Source: Kineococcus radiotolerans SRS30216 = ATCC BAA-149 (lineage in GTDB: Bacteria > Actinomycetota > Actinomycetes > Actinomycetales > Kineococcaceae). Taken from it: a DNA stretch of 32,000 nucleotides. The position numbers and the translations under genes are program-made. The stretch is from contig NC_009664.2 of NCBI RefSeq assembly GCF_000017305.1, positions 1,410,001 to 1,442,000 on the forward strand. Reading direction: 5' to 3'. Below are positions 1 through 9,334 of this stretch, one piece after another (position 1 is the stretch's first letter; each line of letters starts with the position of its first letter). A model generated the notes under the pieces. The model was not told the origin of the DNA. It searched no databases and saw nothing but the letters and a program-made list of their open reading frames with translations.

Positions 1-2075
1 GCGAGGTCTCCTGGCTGGCCTTCAACGAGCGCGTGCTGCAGCTGGCCGAGGACCCCGACGTCCACCTGCTGGAACGGGCCCGGTACCTGTCGATCTTCGC
101 CAACAACCTCGACGAGTTCTTCATGGTCCGGGTCGCGGGGCTCAAGCGCCGCATCGCCACCGGTCTGGCCGTCACCGCCGCCAGCGGCCTGGAGCCGCGC
201 CAGGTGCTCGACGCGATCGCCGTGCGCGCCCACGAGCTGACCGAGCGCCACGCCGCCGCCTTCCTGGGGTCGGTGCGCCCCGCGCTGGCCGAGGCCGGCA
301 TCACCATCGTGCGCTGGGACGAGCTCTCCCCCGGCGAGCAGGTCCGCCTGCACGGGTTCTTCCGCGACATGGTCTTCCCGGTGCTGACCCCGCTGGCGGT
401 GGACCCGGCCCACCCGTTCCCCTACATCTCCGGGCTGTCCCTGAACCTGGCCGTCGTCGTGCGCAACCCGACCACGGACAAGGAGCACTTCGCCCGGGTG
501 AAGGTGCCGCCGCTGCTGCCGCGGTTCGTCGCCGTCGAGCCGGCCGAGGGCGAGGACCCCCGCGACGCGCGGTTCGTTCCCCTGGAGGACGTCGTCGGCG
601 TCCACCTGGACCAGCTGTTCCCCGGCATGGAGGTCGTGCAGCACCACACCTTCCGGGTCACCCGCAACGAGGACCTCGAGGTCGAGGAGGACGACGCGGA
701 GAACCTGCTCCAGGCCCTGGAGAAGGAGCTCCTGCGCCGCCGCTTCGGCCCGGCCGTCCGCCTCGAGGTCGCCTCCGACATCGACCAGAAGGTGCGCGAG
801 CTGCTGGTCCGCGAGCTGGGCGTGCACGAGCAGGAGGTCTACGAGCTCCCCGAGCCCCTCGACCTGCGCGGGCTCGGCGACATCGCCGACCTCGACCGCC
901 CGGAGCTGAAGTTCCCCAAGTCCGTCGCGCGCACCCACCGCGACCTCACCGACGGCGCCGAGACGGCCAAGCCCTCCGACGTGTTCGCGGCCATCCGCAA
1001 CCGCGACGTGCTGCTGCACCACCCCTACGACTCCTTCTCCACGAGCGTGCAGGCGTTCCTGGAGCAGGCCGCGGCGGACCCGAAGGTCCTGGCCATCAAG
1101 CAGACGCTGTACCGGACCTCGGGCGACTCCCCCATCGTCGACGCCCTCATCGACGCCGCCGAGGCCGGCAAGCAGGTCCTCGCGCTGGTCGAGATCAAGG
1201 CCCGCTTCGACGAGCAGGCCAACATCACCTGGGCCCGCAAGCTGGAGCAGGCCGGCGTGCACGTCGTCTATGGCCTGGTGGGGCTGAAGACGCACGCGAA
1301 GCTGAGCCTGGTGGTGCGCCAGGAGTCCGGCGGGCTGCGCCGCTACTGCCACATCGGCACGGGCAACTACAACCCCAAGACCGCGCGGGTCTACGAGGAC
1401 ATGGGGCTGCTCACCGCCGACCCGCAGGTCGGCGAGGACCTGACCCGCCTGTTCAACCAGCTCTCCGGCTACGCGCCCAAGACCGCCTACAAGCGGCTGC
1501 TGGTCGCGCCGCGCTCGCTGCGGACCGGGCTGGTGGACCGCATCGACCGCGAGATCGAGAACCACCGCCAGGGCCAGCCCTCCGGGGTCCGGATCAAGGT
1601 GAACTCGATCGTCGACGAGGGCGTCATCGACGCGCTGTATCGCGCCTCGGCGGCGGGCGTGCCCGTCGACGTGATCGTCCGCGGGATCTGCGCCCTCAAG
1701 CCGGGGGTGCCCGGGCTGAGCGAGAACATCCGCGTCCGCAGCATCCTGGGCCGGTTCCTCGAGCACAGCCGGATCTTCTGGTTCGCCTCCGGCGGCGACC
1801 CCGTCGCCATGATCGGCAGCGCGGACATGATGCACCGCAACCTGGACCGCCGCGTCGAGGCCGTCGTGCGGCTCAACGACCCGCGGCACGTGCGCGAGGT
1901 CTCGCAGCTGCTCGACCAGTGCATGGCCGACACCACGAGCTCGTGGCACCTGGGCGCGGACGGGACGTGGACGCGCCACCACCGCGACGCCGACGGGGCC
2001 CCGCTGACGGACCTGCAGGAGCACATCATCGCCACCCGCCCGGGTCGGCGCCCGAGCTCGCGCCGCCGCCGGTGA
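1..2075 (+). CDS. ppk: Polyphosphate kinase 1 (PPK1), 5'-truncated by the window edge
   Basis: The frame is open to position 3. Upstream codons read [17 protein letters not shown], matching the conserved PPK1 N-terminal ELSWLxFNxRVL motif. DEFFMVRV follows, then the two PLD-like C-domains ([11 protein letters not shown]; [15 protein letters not shown]). Stop at 2073-2075. Confidence 0.95.
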   Translation, partial: EVSWLAFNERVLQLAEDPDVHLLERARYLSIFANNLDEFFMVRVAGLKRRIATGLAVTAASGLEPRQVLDAIAVRAHELTERHAAAFLGSVRPALAEAGITIVRWDELSPGEQVRLHGFFRDMVFPVLTPLAVDPAHPFPYISGLSLNLAVVVRNPTTDKEHFARVKVPPLLPRFVAVEPAEGEDPRDARFVPLEDVVGVHLDQLFPGMEVVQHHTFRVTRNEDLEVEEDDAENLLQALEKELLRRRFGPAVRLEVASDIDQKVRELLVRELGVHEQEVYELPEPLDLRGLGDIADLDRPELKFPKSVARTHRDLTDGAETAKPSDVFAAIRNRDVLLHHPYDSFSTSVQAFLEQAAADPKVLAIKQTLYRTSGDSPIVDALIDAAEAGKQVLALVEIKARFDEQANITWARKLEQAGVHVVYGLVGLKTHAKLSLVVRQESGGLRRYCHIGTGNYNPKTARVYEDMGLLTADPQVGEDLTRLFNQLSGYAPKTAYKRLLVAPRSLRTGLVDRIDREIENHRQGQPSGVRIKVNSIVDEGVIDALYRASAAGVPVDVIVRGICALKPGVPGLSENIRVRSILGRFLEHSRIFWFASGGDPVAMIGSADMMHRNLDRRVEAVVRLNDPRHVREVSQLLDQCMADTTSSWHLGADGTWTRHHRDADGAPLTDLQEHIIATRPGRRPSSRRRR

Positions 2076-3073
2076 GCCGCTCCTCGACGCTGCGCCCGGG
2101 GCGGGACCCCGGGGTCGACGTGGAGGCCGCGGGCTGCGTCGCGGTCCGGGCCGGCGCGGAGGGGGTGGAGGTGCTGCTGGTGCGCCGCCCCGCCACCGCC
2201 ACCCGTCCCGCGGACTGGTCCTGGCCCAAGGGCAAGCTCGACCACGGCGAGCACCCCGCCGTGGCCGCCGTGCGCGAGACGGCCGAGGAGACCGGGGTCC
2301 GGGTCCACCTGGGCCCCGCCCTGCCCGAGCAGCGCTACCCGGTGGCCGGCGGGCTGCGCAAGCGGGTGCGCTACTGGCTGGCGCGCCCGGCGGCCCCGGC
2401 CGACCCGGCCGTCGTCGACGCCGCCGACCCCGACGAGATCGAGGAGTCCGCGTGGGTCTACCCCGCGCGGGCCCGGGAGCTGCTGACCCACGCCGCCGAC
2501 GTGGACCTCCTCGACGCGGCCCTGCCCGGCGGGCTCCCGCCGGAGCGCACGTGGCCGCTGGTCGTGGTCCGCCACGCGCGGGCCGTCAAGCGCACCGACT
2601 GGCGCGGGCTGGAGGGCGAGCGCCCGCTGCTGGAGCGCGGGCACGCGCAGTCGCGGGAGCTGGCGCCGCTGCTGGCCTGCTTCGACCTGCGCCAGCTGGT
2701 CACCTCCCCCTGGGCGCGGTGCGTGCAGACGCTGCTGCCGGCGGCGGAGCTGCTGGGGCTGCCGCTCACCGAGGAGGACCCGCTCACCGAGGCCGGCCAC
2801 GAGACCGACCCGGACGGGGCGGTGAAGCTGCTCGAGGGGCTGCTCGCCGAGGGCGCCGGGGTGGCGGTGTGCTCGCACGGGCCGGTGCTGCCGACGCTGC
2901 AGGGCGTGCTGGCCGGGCGCGTCGACGGCGGCCGCGGGGGTGGCGACGGTGACGGCACCGGGCGGGCGGCGGTCCTGCGGCACCGGCTGGGCAAGGCGGA
3001 GCTCGTCGTCGCCCACGTGGCCGACCGCGGCTCGACCGCCCGGGTGGTCTCCGTGCAGCGTCACGGCGTCTGA
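2072..3073 (+). CDS. mutT1: Nudix hydrolase fused to a histidine-phosphatase (SixA/PGAM-like) domain, MutT1-like
   Basis: In-frame GTG at 2072 overlaps the ppk stop (GTGA). Nudix box [23 protein letters not shown]-terminal half has the RHA catalytic motif (VVVRHARAV) and CSHGPVL. The two-domain architecture and ppk1 adjacency match mycobacterial MutT1. The track ORF start at 1919 lies inside ppk and is probably not used. Confidence 0.85.
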   Translation: MSRSSTLRPGRDPGVDVEAAGCVAVRAGAEGVEVLLVRRPATATRPADWSWPKGKLDHGEHPAVAAVRETAEETGVRVHLGPALPEQRYPVAGGLRKRVRYWLARPAAPADPAVVDAADPDEIEESAWVYPARARELLTHAADVDLLDAALPGGLPPERTWPLVVVRHARAVKRTDWRGLEGERPLLERGHAQSRELAPLLACFDLRQLVTSPWARCVQTLLPAAELLGLPLTEEDPLTEAGHETDPDGAVKLLEGLLAEGAGVAVCSHGPVLPTLQGVLAGRVDGGRGGGDGDGTGRAAVLRHRLGKAELVVAHVADRGSTARVVSVQRHGV

Positions 3074-3163
3074 AGCGCAGCGTCACGACGGGTGGGCCGT
3101 CCGGGTGGCTGCGGACGGTCACCCGGCCCTGACCTGCAGCGATCCCGTGACCCGCACGCACCG

Positions 3164-3262
3164 GTTCACCCGTTGGACGCCGTGCGGACGGTGACCATCC
3201 GCTGACCGGACGGGCCCGGTTCACCCGCCGTTAACCTGCGTCGAGCAACCCCGTCACCTCGC
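3164..3262 (+). promoter_or_regulatory. Array of PHO-box-like 11-nt direct repeat units (candidate PhoP operator) in the pstS promoter
   Basis: GTTCACCCGTT (3164-3174), GTTCACCCGCC (3219-3229), GTTAACCTGCG (3230-3240) and CGTCACCTCGC (3252-3262) all lie in one 11-nt register. They fit the Streptomyces PhoP unit G(G/T)TCAYYYR(G/C)G. The intervening units repeat GGAC and TGACC at 11-nt spacing. A TAnnnT -10 candidate, TACCGT, sits at 3268-3273, about 80 nt upstream of the pstS start. Confidence 0.55.
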
Positions 3263-3351
3263 CCTCCTACCGTCCGGATCGACCGGGGAGCCACGTCCCG
3301 GTCAGCCGCGTCCGGGTTCCCGGCCGCCGACGATCCTCGAAAGGGACCGAA

Positions 3352-4464
3352 GTGACGTTCTCGACAGCCTCCCGCCTCCTCGGCCTCGCCGCCGTGGGTG
3401 TTCTCGCCCTCGCCGGTTGCGGCTCCGACGACAACACCGCAGGCAGCACGACCGAAGGCTCGGCCTCGTCGTCGGCTTCGACCGCCATCGACTGCGCCCC
3501 CGGCACCCTGAACGGCGAGGGGTCCAGCGCGCAGAAGAACGCCATCGACCAGGTCACCCAGGCCGGCTACCAGGCCCAGTGCACCGACGCCACGATCAAC
3601 TACAACGCGACCGGCTCCGGCGCGGGCCGCAAGCAGTTCACCTCCGGCCAGGTCGACTGGGCCGGCTCGGACTCCGCGCTCAAGGAGGAGGAGGTCGCCG
3701 CGGCGACCGCCCGCTGCGAGGGCAACCAGGCCTGGAACCTGCCGATGGTCGCCGGCCCGATCGCCATCGCCTACAACGTCGACGGCGTGGACGACCTCGT
3801 CCTCGACGCCGCCACCGCCGCGAAGATCTTCTCCGGCACCATCACCACCTGGAACGACCCGGCCATCGCCGCGCTGAACCCCGACGCGACGCTGCCCAGC
3901 ACCGCGATCAGCGTGTTCTTCCGCACCGGTACCTCCGGCACCACCGAGAACTTCACCAAGTACCTGCACGCCGCGGCCCCCGAGGCGTGGACCGCCGAGG
4001 GCAACCAGGAGTGGGCCGGCAAGGGCGAGGGCCGCGAGGGCTCCGCCGGTGTCGCGCAGGCCGTCGCCGGCGCCCCCGGCGGCATCACCTACGTCGAGTG
4101 GTCCTACGCCCAGGACAACAACCTGGCCGTCGCCCAGATCGACAACGGCTCCGGCGCCGTCGAGCTGACCGGCGAGTCCGCCGGCAAGACCGTCGCCACC
4201 GCCACCCAGACCGGCACCGGCAACGACCTGTCGCTGAAGATCGACTACGCGACCAAGGAGGCGGGCGCCTACCCGATCGTCCTGGTCACCTACGAGATCG
4301 TCTGCTCCAAGGGCCTGGACGCCGAGAAGACCGCCCTGCTGAAGTCCTTCCTCACCTACTTCGCCGAGGACGAGACCCAGGAGGGCCTGCAGGAGATCGG
4401 CTACGCGCCGCTCCCCGCCGAGGTCTCCGAGAAGGTCCGGACCGCCATCGAAGCCATCGCCTGA
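3352..4464 (+). CDS. pstS: Phosphate ABC transporter substrate-binding lipoprotein PstS
   Basis: GTG start. Signal peptide ends in the lipobox LALAGC. Ser/Thr-rich linker follows, then PstS-type motifs (GEGSSAQKNAI, ATGSGAGRKQF, GTSGTTENFT). First gene of the pstSCAB order. Confidence 0.95.
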   Translation: MTFSTASRLLGLAAVGVLALAGCGSDDNTAGSTTEGSASSSASTAIDCAPGTLNGEGSSAQKNAIDQVTQAGYQAQCTDATINYNATGSGAGRKQFTSGQVDWAGSDSALKEEEVAAATARCEGNQAWNLPMVAGPIAIAYNVDGVDDLVLDAATAAKIFSGTITTWNDPAIAALNPDATLPSTAISVFFRTGTSGTTENFTKYLHAAAPEAWTAEGNQEWAGKGEGREGSAGVAQAVAGAPGGITYVEWSYAQDNNLAVAQIDNGSGAVELTGESAGKTVATATQTGTGNDLSLKIDYATKEAGAYPIVLVTYEIVCSKGLDAEKTALLKSFLTYFAEDETQEGLQEIGYAPLPAEVSEKVRTAIEAIA

Positions 4465-4568
4465 CGCTCGAAGCGAGCGCAGCACCCGGGGCGGGCACCA
4501 GCACGACCGGTGCCCGCCCCCACCCGTACGACTCCCCGCCCCCCCCCACCGCACAGTGCAGGAGCACG

Positions 4569-5555
4569 ATGTCCTCGATCACCGGCCGCTCGGCCGTCGA
4601 GCAGGGCCCAGGCCCCTCGGGTGACAAGGCTCGAGGCCGGCGACGGCTCGGCGACACCCTCTTCGGCGGCGGAGCCGGTCTGGCCGGCGTCATCGTCATC
4701 GCCATCGTCGCCTTCACCGGCGTCTTCCTCGCCATCAGCGCCGTCCCGTCGGTGCTGGACGACCAGGTCAACTTCCTCACCTCCACCGAGTGGCAGGCCA
4801 CCCCGGGCGACCTGCGCTTCGGGATCCTGCAGATCCTCTGGACGACGGTCGCCATCTCGATCATCGCGATGATCATCGCGGTGCCCCTCGGGGTCGCGAA
4901 CGCCCTCTTCCTCACCCAGTACGCCCCGCGGTGGCTGGCGCGCCCCGCCGCGAGCGTCATCGACCTGCTGGCCGCGATCCCCTCGATCGTCTACGGCCTC
5001 TGGGGCATCCAGGTGTTCGCCCCGCACGTGACCGGTCTGCAGACGTTCCTCAACGACGCGCTCGGCTGGTTCCCGCTCTTCGGCGGCCCGGTGAGCACCG
5101 GCACCGTGTTCATCGCCGGGATCGTCCTGGCCGTCATGGTCCTGCCGATCATCACGGCCATGTCCCGCGAGGTGTTCGCGCAGACCCCGGCCGCGCACAA
5201 GGAGGGCGCTCTCGCCCTCGGCGCGACGAAGTGGGAGATGATCCGCACCTCGGTCCTGCCCTTCGGCCGCGCGGGCGTCATCTCGGCCTCGATGCTCGGT
5301 CTCGGCCGCGCGCTCGGCGAGACGATCGCCATCACGATCATCGTCTCCAGCGTCGCCCCCGGCGCGGACTTCTTCAGCTCCCTGCTCCAGGGCGGTGAGA
5401 CCTTCGCCTCGAAGATCGCCAACAACGCCGCGGAGTTCAACGACCCCGAGTCGACCGGCGCCTACATCGCCGCCGGCCTGGTCCTGTTCGTCCTGACCTT
5501 CGTGGTCAACGCCATCGCCCGCCTCATCATCAACCGCCGGAAGGCCTTCGCATGA
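4569..5555 (+). CDS. pstC: Phosphate ABC transporter permease PstC
   Basis: ATG at 4569 (MSSITGRS...) lies inside a 712-aa track ORF whose first ~384 aa are an Arg/Pro-rich shadow frame over pstS. Multi-TM permease with the EAA loop (HKEGALALGATKWEMI). Confidence 0.9.
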   Translation: MSSITGRSAVEQGPGPSGDKARGRRRLGDTLFGGGAGLAGVIVIAIVAFTGVFLAISAVPSVLDDQVNFLTSTEWQATPGDLRFGILQILWTTVAISIIAMIIAVPLGVANALFLTQYAPRWLARPAASVIDLLAAIPSIVYGLWGIQVFAPHVTGLQTFLNDALGWFPLFGGPVSTGTVFIAGIVLAVMVLPIITAMSREVFAQTPAAHKEGALALGATKWEMIRTSVLPFGRAGVISASMLGLGRALGETIAITIIVSSVAPGADFFSSLLQGGETFASKIANNAAEFNDPESTGAYIAAGLVLFVLTFVVNAIARLIINRRKAFA

Positions 5556-6463
5556 GCGTCGTCGACACGGCTCCCGAGCGGGAACTGCCCGCCGCGCTGG
5601 AGGACTCCCGCGGACGGGGCGGGCGCGTGGTCCGCAACACCGTCGCGACGGTGGTCATGGTGCTGGCCTTCGTCATCGCCCTCATCCCGCTGGTGTGGAT
5701 CCTCGCCACCGTCATCCAGAAGGGGGCGGCGCTGCTGCCCGACCCCTCGTGGTGGCTCAACTCCCAGCGCGGCATCACCCCGCGCATCGAGGGCGGCGGC
5801 GCCTACCACGCCATCCTCGGCACGCTGCTGCAGGCGCTGGCCACCGCGGTCATCGCCGTCCCGCTGGGGATCATGGCCGCGATCCTGCTCGTCGAGTACG
5901 GCGCGAGCCGGATCGCCCGCGTCGTGAGCTTCACCGTCGACATCCTCTCGGGGCTGCCCTCGATCGTCGCGGCGCTGTTCATCTACGCCTTCTGGGTGAC
6001 CACGCTCGGCTTCGCCCGCTCCGGGTTCGCCGTCTCCCTGGCCCTGGTGCTGCTCATGGTCCCGGTCGTGGTCCGCTCCACCGAGGAGATGCTCAAGCTC
6101 GTCCCGATGGAGCTGCGCGAGGCGTCCTACGCGCTGGGCGTGCCGAAGTGGAAGACGATCGTGAGGATCGTCCTGCCGACCGCGTTCTCCGGCATCGTCA
6201 CCGGCGTGCTGCTGGGCCTGGCCCGCGTCATGGGTGAGACCGCGCCCCTGCTGATCCTGGTCGGCTACTCGCAGTCGATCAACACCAACCTGTTCAGCGG
6301 CAACATGGCGGCGCTGCCGCTCATGATCAACAACGACCGTCAGCAGGCGCTGGCTCCCGCGGTGGAGCGCGTCTGGGCGGCCGCCCTCACACTGGTGCTC
6401 ATCGTGCTGGTGCTCAACATCGCCGGTCGGGCCATCGCCCGCTTCAGCAGGCTCGAGAAGTAG
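5552..6463 (+). CDS. pstA: Phosphate ABC transporter permease PstA
   Basis: ATGA overlap with the pstC stop. Six predicted TM segments. EAA loop [15 protein letters not shown]. Confidence 0.93.
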   Translation: MSVVDTAPERELPAALEDSRGRGGRVVRNTVATVVMVLAFVIALIPLVWILATVIQKGAALLPDPSWWLNSQRGITPRIEGGGAYHAILGTLLQALATAVIAVPLGIMAAILLVEYGASRIARVVSFTVDILSGLPSIVAALFIYAFWVTTLGFARSGFAVSLALVLLMVPVVVRSTEEMLKLVPMELREASYALGVPKWKTIVRIVLPTAFSGIVTGVLLGLARVMGETAPLLILVGYSQSINTNLFSGNMAALPLMINNDRQQALAPAVERVWAAALTLVLIVLVLNIAGRAIARFSRLEK

Positions 6464-6473
6464 GAGAGAACCC

Positions 6474-7250
6474 GTGGCCAAGCGCATCGACGTCAAGGAC
6501 CTCAACGTCTACTACGGCAACTTCAAGGCCGTCGAGGACGTCTCGATGACCGTGGAGCCCCGCTCCGTGACGGCCTTCATCGGCCCGTCCGGCTGCGGGA
6601 AGTCGACCTTCCTCCGCACCCTCAACCGCATGCACGAGGTCATCCCCGGCGGTCGGGTCGAGGGCAGCGTCATGCTCGACGACGACGACCTCTACTCCTC
6701 CAAGATGGACCCGGTGAACGTCCGCCGGACCGTCGGCATGGTGTTCCAGCGCCCCAACCCGTTCCCCACGATGTCGATCTTCGACAACGTCGCGGCCGGG
6801 ATGCGCCTCAACGGGGTCCGCAGCAAGAAGGTCCTCACCGAGGCCGTGGAGTCCTCGCTGCGCGGGGCCAACCTGTGGAACGAGGTCAAGGACCGCCTCG
6901 ACAAGCCCGGCGCCGGGCTGTCCGGCGGTCAGCAGCAGCGGCTGTGCATCGCCCGCGCCATCGCGGTGAAGCCGCAGGTGCTCCTCATGGACGAGCCCTG
7001 CTCGGCCCTGGACCCGATCTCGACGCTGGCGATCGAGGACCTCATCGGGGAGCTGAAGAGCTCCTTCACGATCGTCATCGTCACCCACAACATGCAGCAG
7101 GCGGCCCGCGTCAGCGACAAGACGGCGTTCTTCAACCTCGCCGCCACCGGCAAGCCCGGGCGCCTCGTGGAGATCGACGACACCGCGACGATCTTCAGCA
7201 ACCCCACGCAGAAGGCGACCGAGGACTACATCTCGGGCCGCTTCGGCTGA
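6474..7250 (+). CDS. pstB: Phosphate ABC transporter ATP-binding protein PstB
   Basis: Walker [10 protein letters not shown], signature LSGGQQQRL, Walker [14 protein letters not shown]-loop VTHNMQQA. Typical PstB length (258 aa). Confidence 0.96.
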   Translation: MAKRIDVKDLNVYYGNFKAVEDVSMTVEPRSVTAFIGPSGCGKSTFLRTLNRMHEVIPGGRVEGSVMLDDDDLYSSKMDPVNVRRTVGMVFQRPNPFPTMSIFDNVAAGMRLNGVRSKKVLTEAVESSLRGANLWNEVKDRLDKPGAGLSGGQQQRLCIARAIAVKPQVLLMDEPCSALDPISTLAIEDLIGELKSSFTIVIVTHNMQQAARVSDKTAFFNLAATGKPGRLVEIDDTATIFSNPTQKATEDYISGRFG

Positions 7251-7262
7251 GCCGCCACCCGG

Positions 7263-7327
7263 CGCGAGCGGGGGCCGTCGTCCACCCGGACGACGGCCCC
7301 CGCTCGCGTCCGGCCCCGTCGGGCCGG
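7263..7327. terminator. Two tandem GC-rich hairpins between convergent pstB and pit (bidirectional terminator candidate)
   Basis: Perfect 21-bp stem: 7263-7283 (CGCGAGCGGGGGCCGTCGTCC) pairs with 7288-7308, loop ACCC. A 7-bp stem CCGGCCC/GGGCCGG follows at 7310-7327. No U-tract. Confidence 0.7.
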
Positions 7328-7331
7328 GCCG

Positions 7332-8324
7332 TCAGACGAAGAGGCCGACCACGCCGTACACGGCGGCGGCGAAGAGGGCGGCGGCCGGCAGCGTCAGCAC
7401 CCAGGCCGTCACCATGGTGCGCGCCACCCCCCAGCGCACCGCCGACAGCCGCTTGGTGGCGCCCACGCCCATGATCGCCGAGGAGATCGTGTGGGTGGTG
7501 GAGACGGGGGCGTGGAAGCCGATCGCGGCGACGTAGAGCACGGCGGCCGAGACGGACTCGGCGGCGAAGCCGCGGGCGGGGTCGAGGTGGATGATCCGCC
7601 GGCCCAGCGTGCGCATGATCCGCCAGCCGCCGGCGTAGGTGCCGAAGCTGATCGCGAGCGCCGCGGACAGCTTGACCCACCACGGGATGGCGGTGCCGGA
7701 GTGGAAGCCGCCGGCCACCAGGGCCAGGACGATGACGCCCATCGTCTTCTGCGCGTCCTGCAGGCCGTGCCCCAGCGACATGGCCGCGGCGGAGACGGTC
7801 TGGGCGACGCGGAAGCGGCGGTGGGTGGGGGCGGGGGCCTTGCGCCGGACGGCCCACAGGATGGCGACCATGACGAGGTAGCCGAGGACGAAGCCGGACA
7901 GCGGCGAGACCACCATCGGGACGACGACCTTGTCGAGGATCACGCTCCAGTGCACCGTCGTGCTGGAGGCGATGCCCGCCCCGGCGAGCGCGCCGATGAG
8001 GGCGTGCGAGCTGGAGGAAGGCAGCCCGAGGCGCCAGGTGATGAGGTTCCAGCCGATCGCCCCGAACAGGGCGGAGAGCACCACGGCCATGCCGTGGAGC
8101 CCGAGGCCGACGTCGACGATCCCCGAGCCGATGGTCTCGGCGACCCCGGTCCCGAGGAAGGCGCCGACGAGGTTGAAGATCGCGGCCATGCCCAGCGCGA
8201 TGCGGGGGGTCAGCGCCCGCGTCGAGACGGAGGTCGCGATGGCGTTGGCGGCGTCGTGGAACCCGTTGGTGAAGTCGAAGCTGAGCGCGACGAGGACCAC
8301 CACGAGGACGAGGGCGAGCTCCAC
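7332..8324 (-). CDS. pit: Inorganic phosphate transporter, PiT family (low-affinity Pit)
   Basis: PiT signature FDFTNGFHDAANAIATSV near the N-terminus. Second-half repeat GHGLQDAQKTMGVI. About 10 TM segments, 330 aa. Confidence 0.93.
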   Translation of the reverse strand: MELALVLVVVLVALSFDFTNGFHDAANAIATSVSTRALTPRIALGMAAIFNLVGAFLGTGVAETIGSGIVDVGLGLHGMAVVLSALFGAIGWNLITWRLGLPSSSSHALIGALAGAGIASSTTVHWSVILDKVVVPMVVSPLSGFVLGYLVMVAILWAVRRKAPAPTHRRFRVAQTVSAAAMSLGHGLQDAQKTMGVIVLALVAGGFHSGTAIPWWVKLSAALAISFGTYAGGWRIMRTLGRRIIHLDPARGFAAESVSAAVLYVAAIGFHAPVSTTHTISSAIMGVGATKRLSAVRWGVARTMVTAWVLTLPAAALFAAAVYGVVGLFV

Positions 8325-8328
8325 CGGG

Positions 8329-8955
8329 TCAGGACTCCTTGACGGCGATGGTCTCCACCGTGTGCGCCACGTGCTCGAAGGCGTCGGCGGCGTCCTCGAG
8401 GGTCTCGATGATCTCCTTGTGCTTCATGATCGAGATGGCGTCGTAGCCGCCGTCGAAGAGCGCCGCGACCAGGCGCCGGTGGATCTGGTCGGCCTGGTTC
8501 TCCAGGCGGTTGATCTCCACCCAGTAGTCGGAGAGGTCCCCCGGCGAGCGCAGCCGCGGCATGGCCTCCGCGGTCAGCTCGGCCTGGCGGGCCAGGACCT
8601 GCACGATGTCGCCCACGCCGGGCAGCAGCTCACCGATCCGGTAGAGCACCATGAGGTCGACCGCGGCCTGCATGAGGTCCAGGCAGTCGTCCAGGCGCGA
8701 GGTGAGCTGGTAGATGTCCTCGCGGTCGAAGGGGGTGACGAAGGAGGAGTTGACCCGGCGCAGGACGGCGTGGGCCGCCTCGTCACCGCGGTGCTCCAGC
8801 TCCTCCATCTCCTTCCCGAGCTCCTCGCGGCGGGCCTGGTCGCTGCCGATGACCTCGGTGAGGACCGCGGTGGCCTCGACGAGGATCGTGCCGGTCCGGG
8901 CGAACATCTCGAAGAACGAGGTGTCCTGGGGGGTCAGTCGGAAACGCACGTCCAT
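8329..8955 (-). CDS. DUF47 / PhoU-like Pit accessory protein
   Basis: 208-aa all-helical protein (MDVRFRLTPQDTSFFEMFA...HRGDEAAH...FDREDIY...). Its stop is 4 nt before the pit start, the classical ykaA-pit type arrangement. Confidence 0.85.
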   Translation of the reverse strand: MDVRFRLTPQDTSFFEMFARTGTILVEATAVLTEVIGSDQARREELGKEMEELEHRGDEAAHAVLRRVNSSFVTPFDREDIYQLTSRLDDCLDLMQAAVDLMVLYRIGELLPGVGDIVQVLARQAELTAEAMPRLRSPGDLSDYWVEINRLENQADQIHRRLVAALFDGGYDAISIMKHKEIIETLEDAADAFEHVAHTVETIAVKES

Positions 8956-9051
8956 GCTCCGGGGAGGCTCGGGTTCGGCGGGTGGGGTGGCTCCCGGCCC
9001 GAGCAGCGACTCTAGGCGAGTCCGGACCCCGGGTCCGACGACCCCCGGGCC

Positions 9052-9291
9052 TCAGTCGAGCGCGGAGACGCCCTCGACGCCCAGGACGCGGTCCAGCTCC
9101 CCCTCCGGGAGGGGGCCGTCGCTCTCCGAGGCGGCGACGACGACGTCGGTGTAGAGCTCGATCTCCTCGGCCAGGGCGACGTCGGCGAGGGGGGCGCTGG
9201 CGGCGGGGACGACCCCGGGGCCCCGGTCGGGTGGCGGTGCGGAGCCGTCACCCGGCGGCGGAACGGGCGAGTGCGTCATGGTGGGCACCAC
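9052..9291 (-). CDS. Hypothetical small acidic protein (75-79 aa)
   Basis: ORF between the metallophosphoesterase and the DUF47 gene on the same strand. Pro-rich N-terminus, acidic C-terminal half (LAEEIELYTDVVVAASESDGPLPEGELDRVLGVEG). GC3-rich codons. Start is GTG 9291 or ATG 9279. I recognise no family. Confidence 0.5.
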   Translation of the reverse strand: MVPTMTHSPVPPPGDGSAPPPDRGPGVVPAASAPLADVALAEEIELYTDVVVAASESDGPLPEGELDRVLGVEGVSALD

Positions 9292-9334
9292 CGTACGCCC
9301 GCCGGGCCCGCCCGCGGGGCCGGTCCGCGAGACC

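Noticed and set aside
3417-5555. 712-aa ORF suggesting a giant PstC fusion.
   Set aside because: The first ~384 aa are an out-of-frame shadow over pstS (RRxxRR-type sequence). Real PstC begins at ATG 4569, just after the pstS stop and intergenic gap.
8956-9051. Region upstream of DUF47-pit checked for PHO boxes. It contains CGGACCC-C-GGGTCCG dyad symmetry.
   Set aside because: No GTTCAYYY-type units occur on either strand. The dyad is more simply a terminator or stem-loop after the small acidic ORF.
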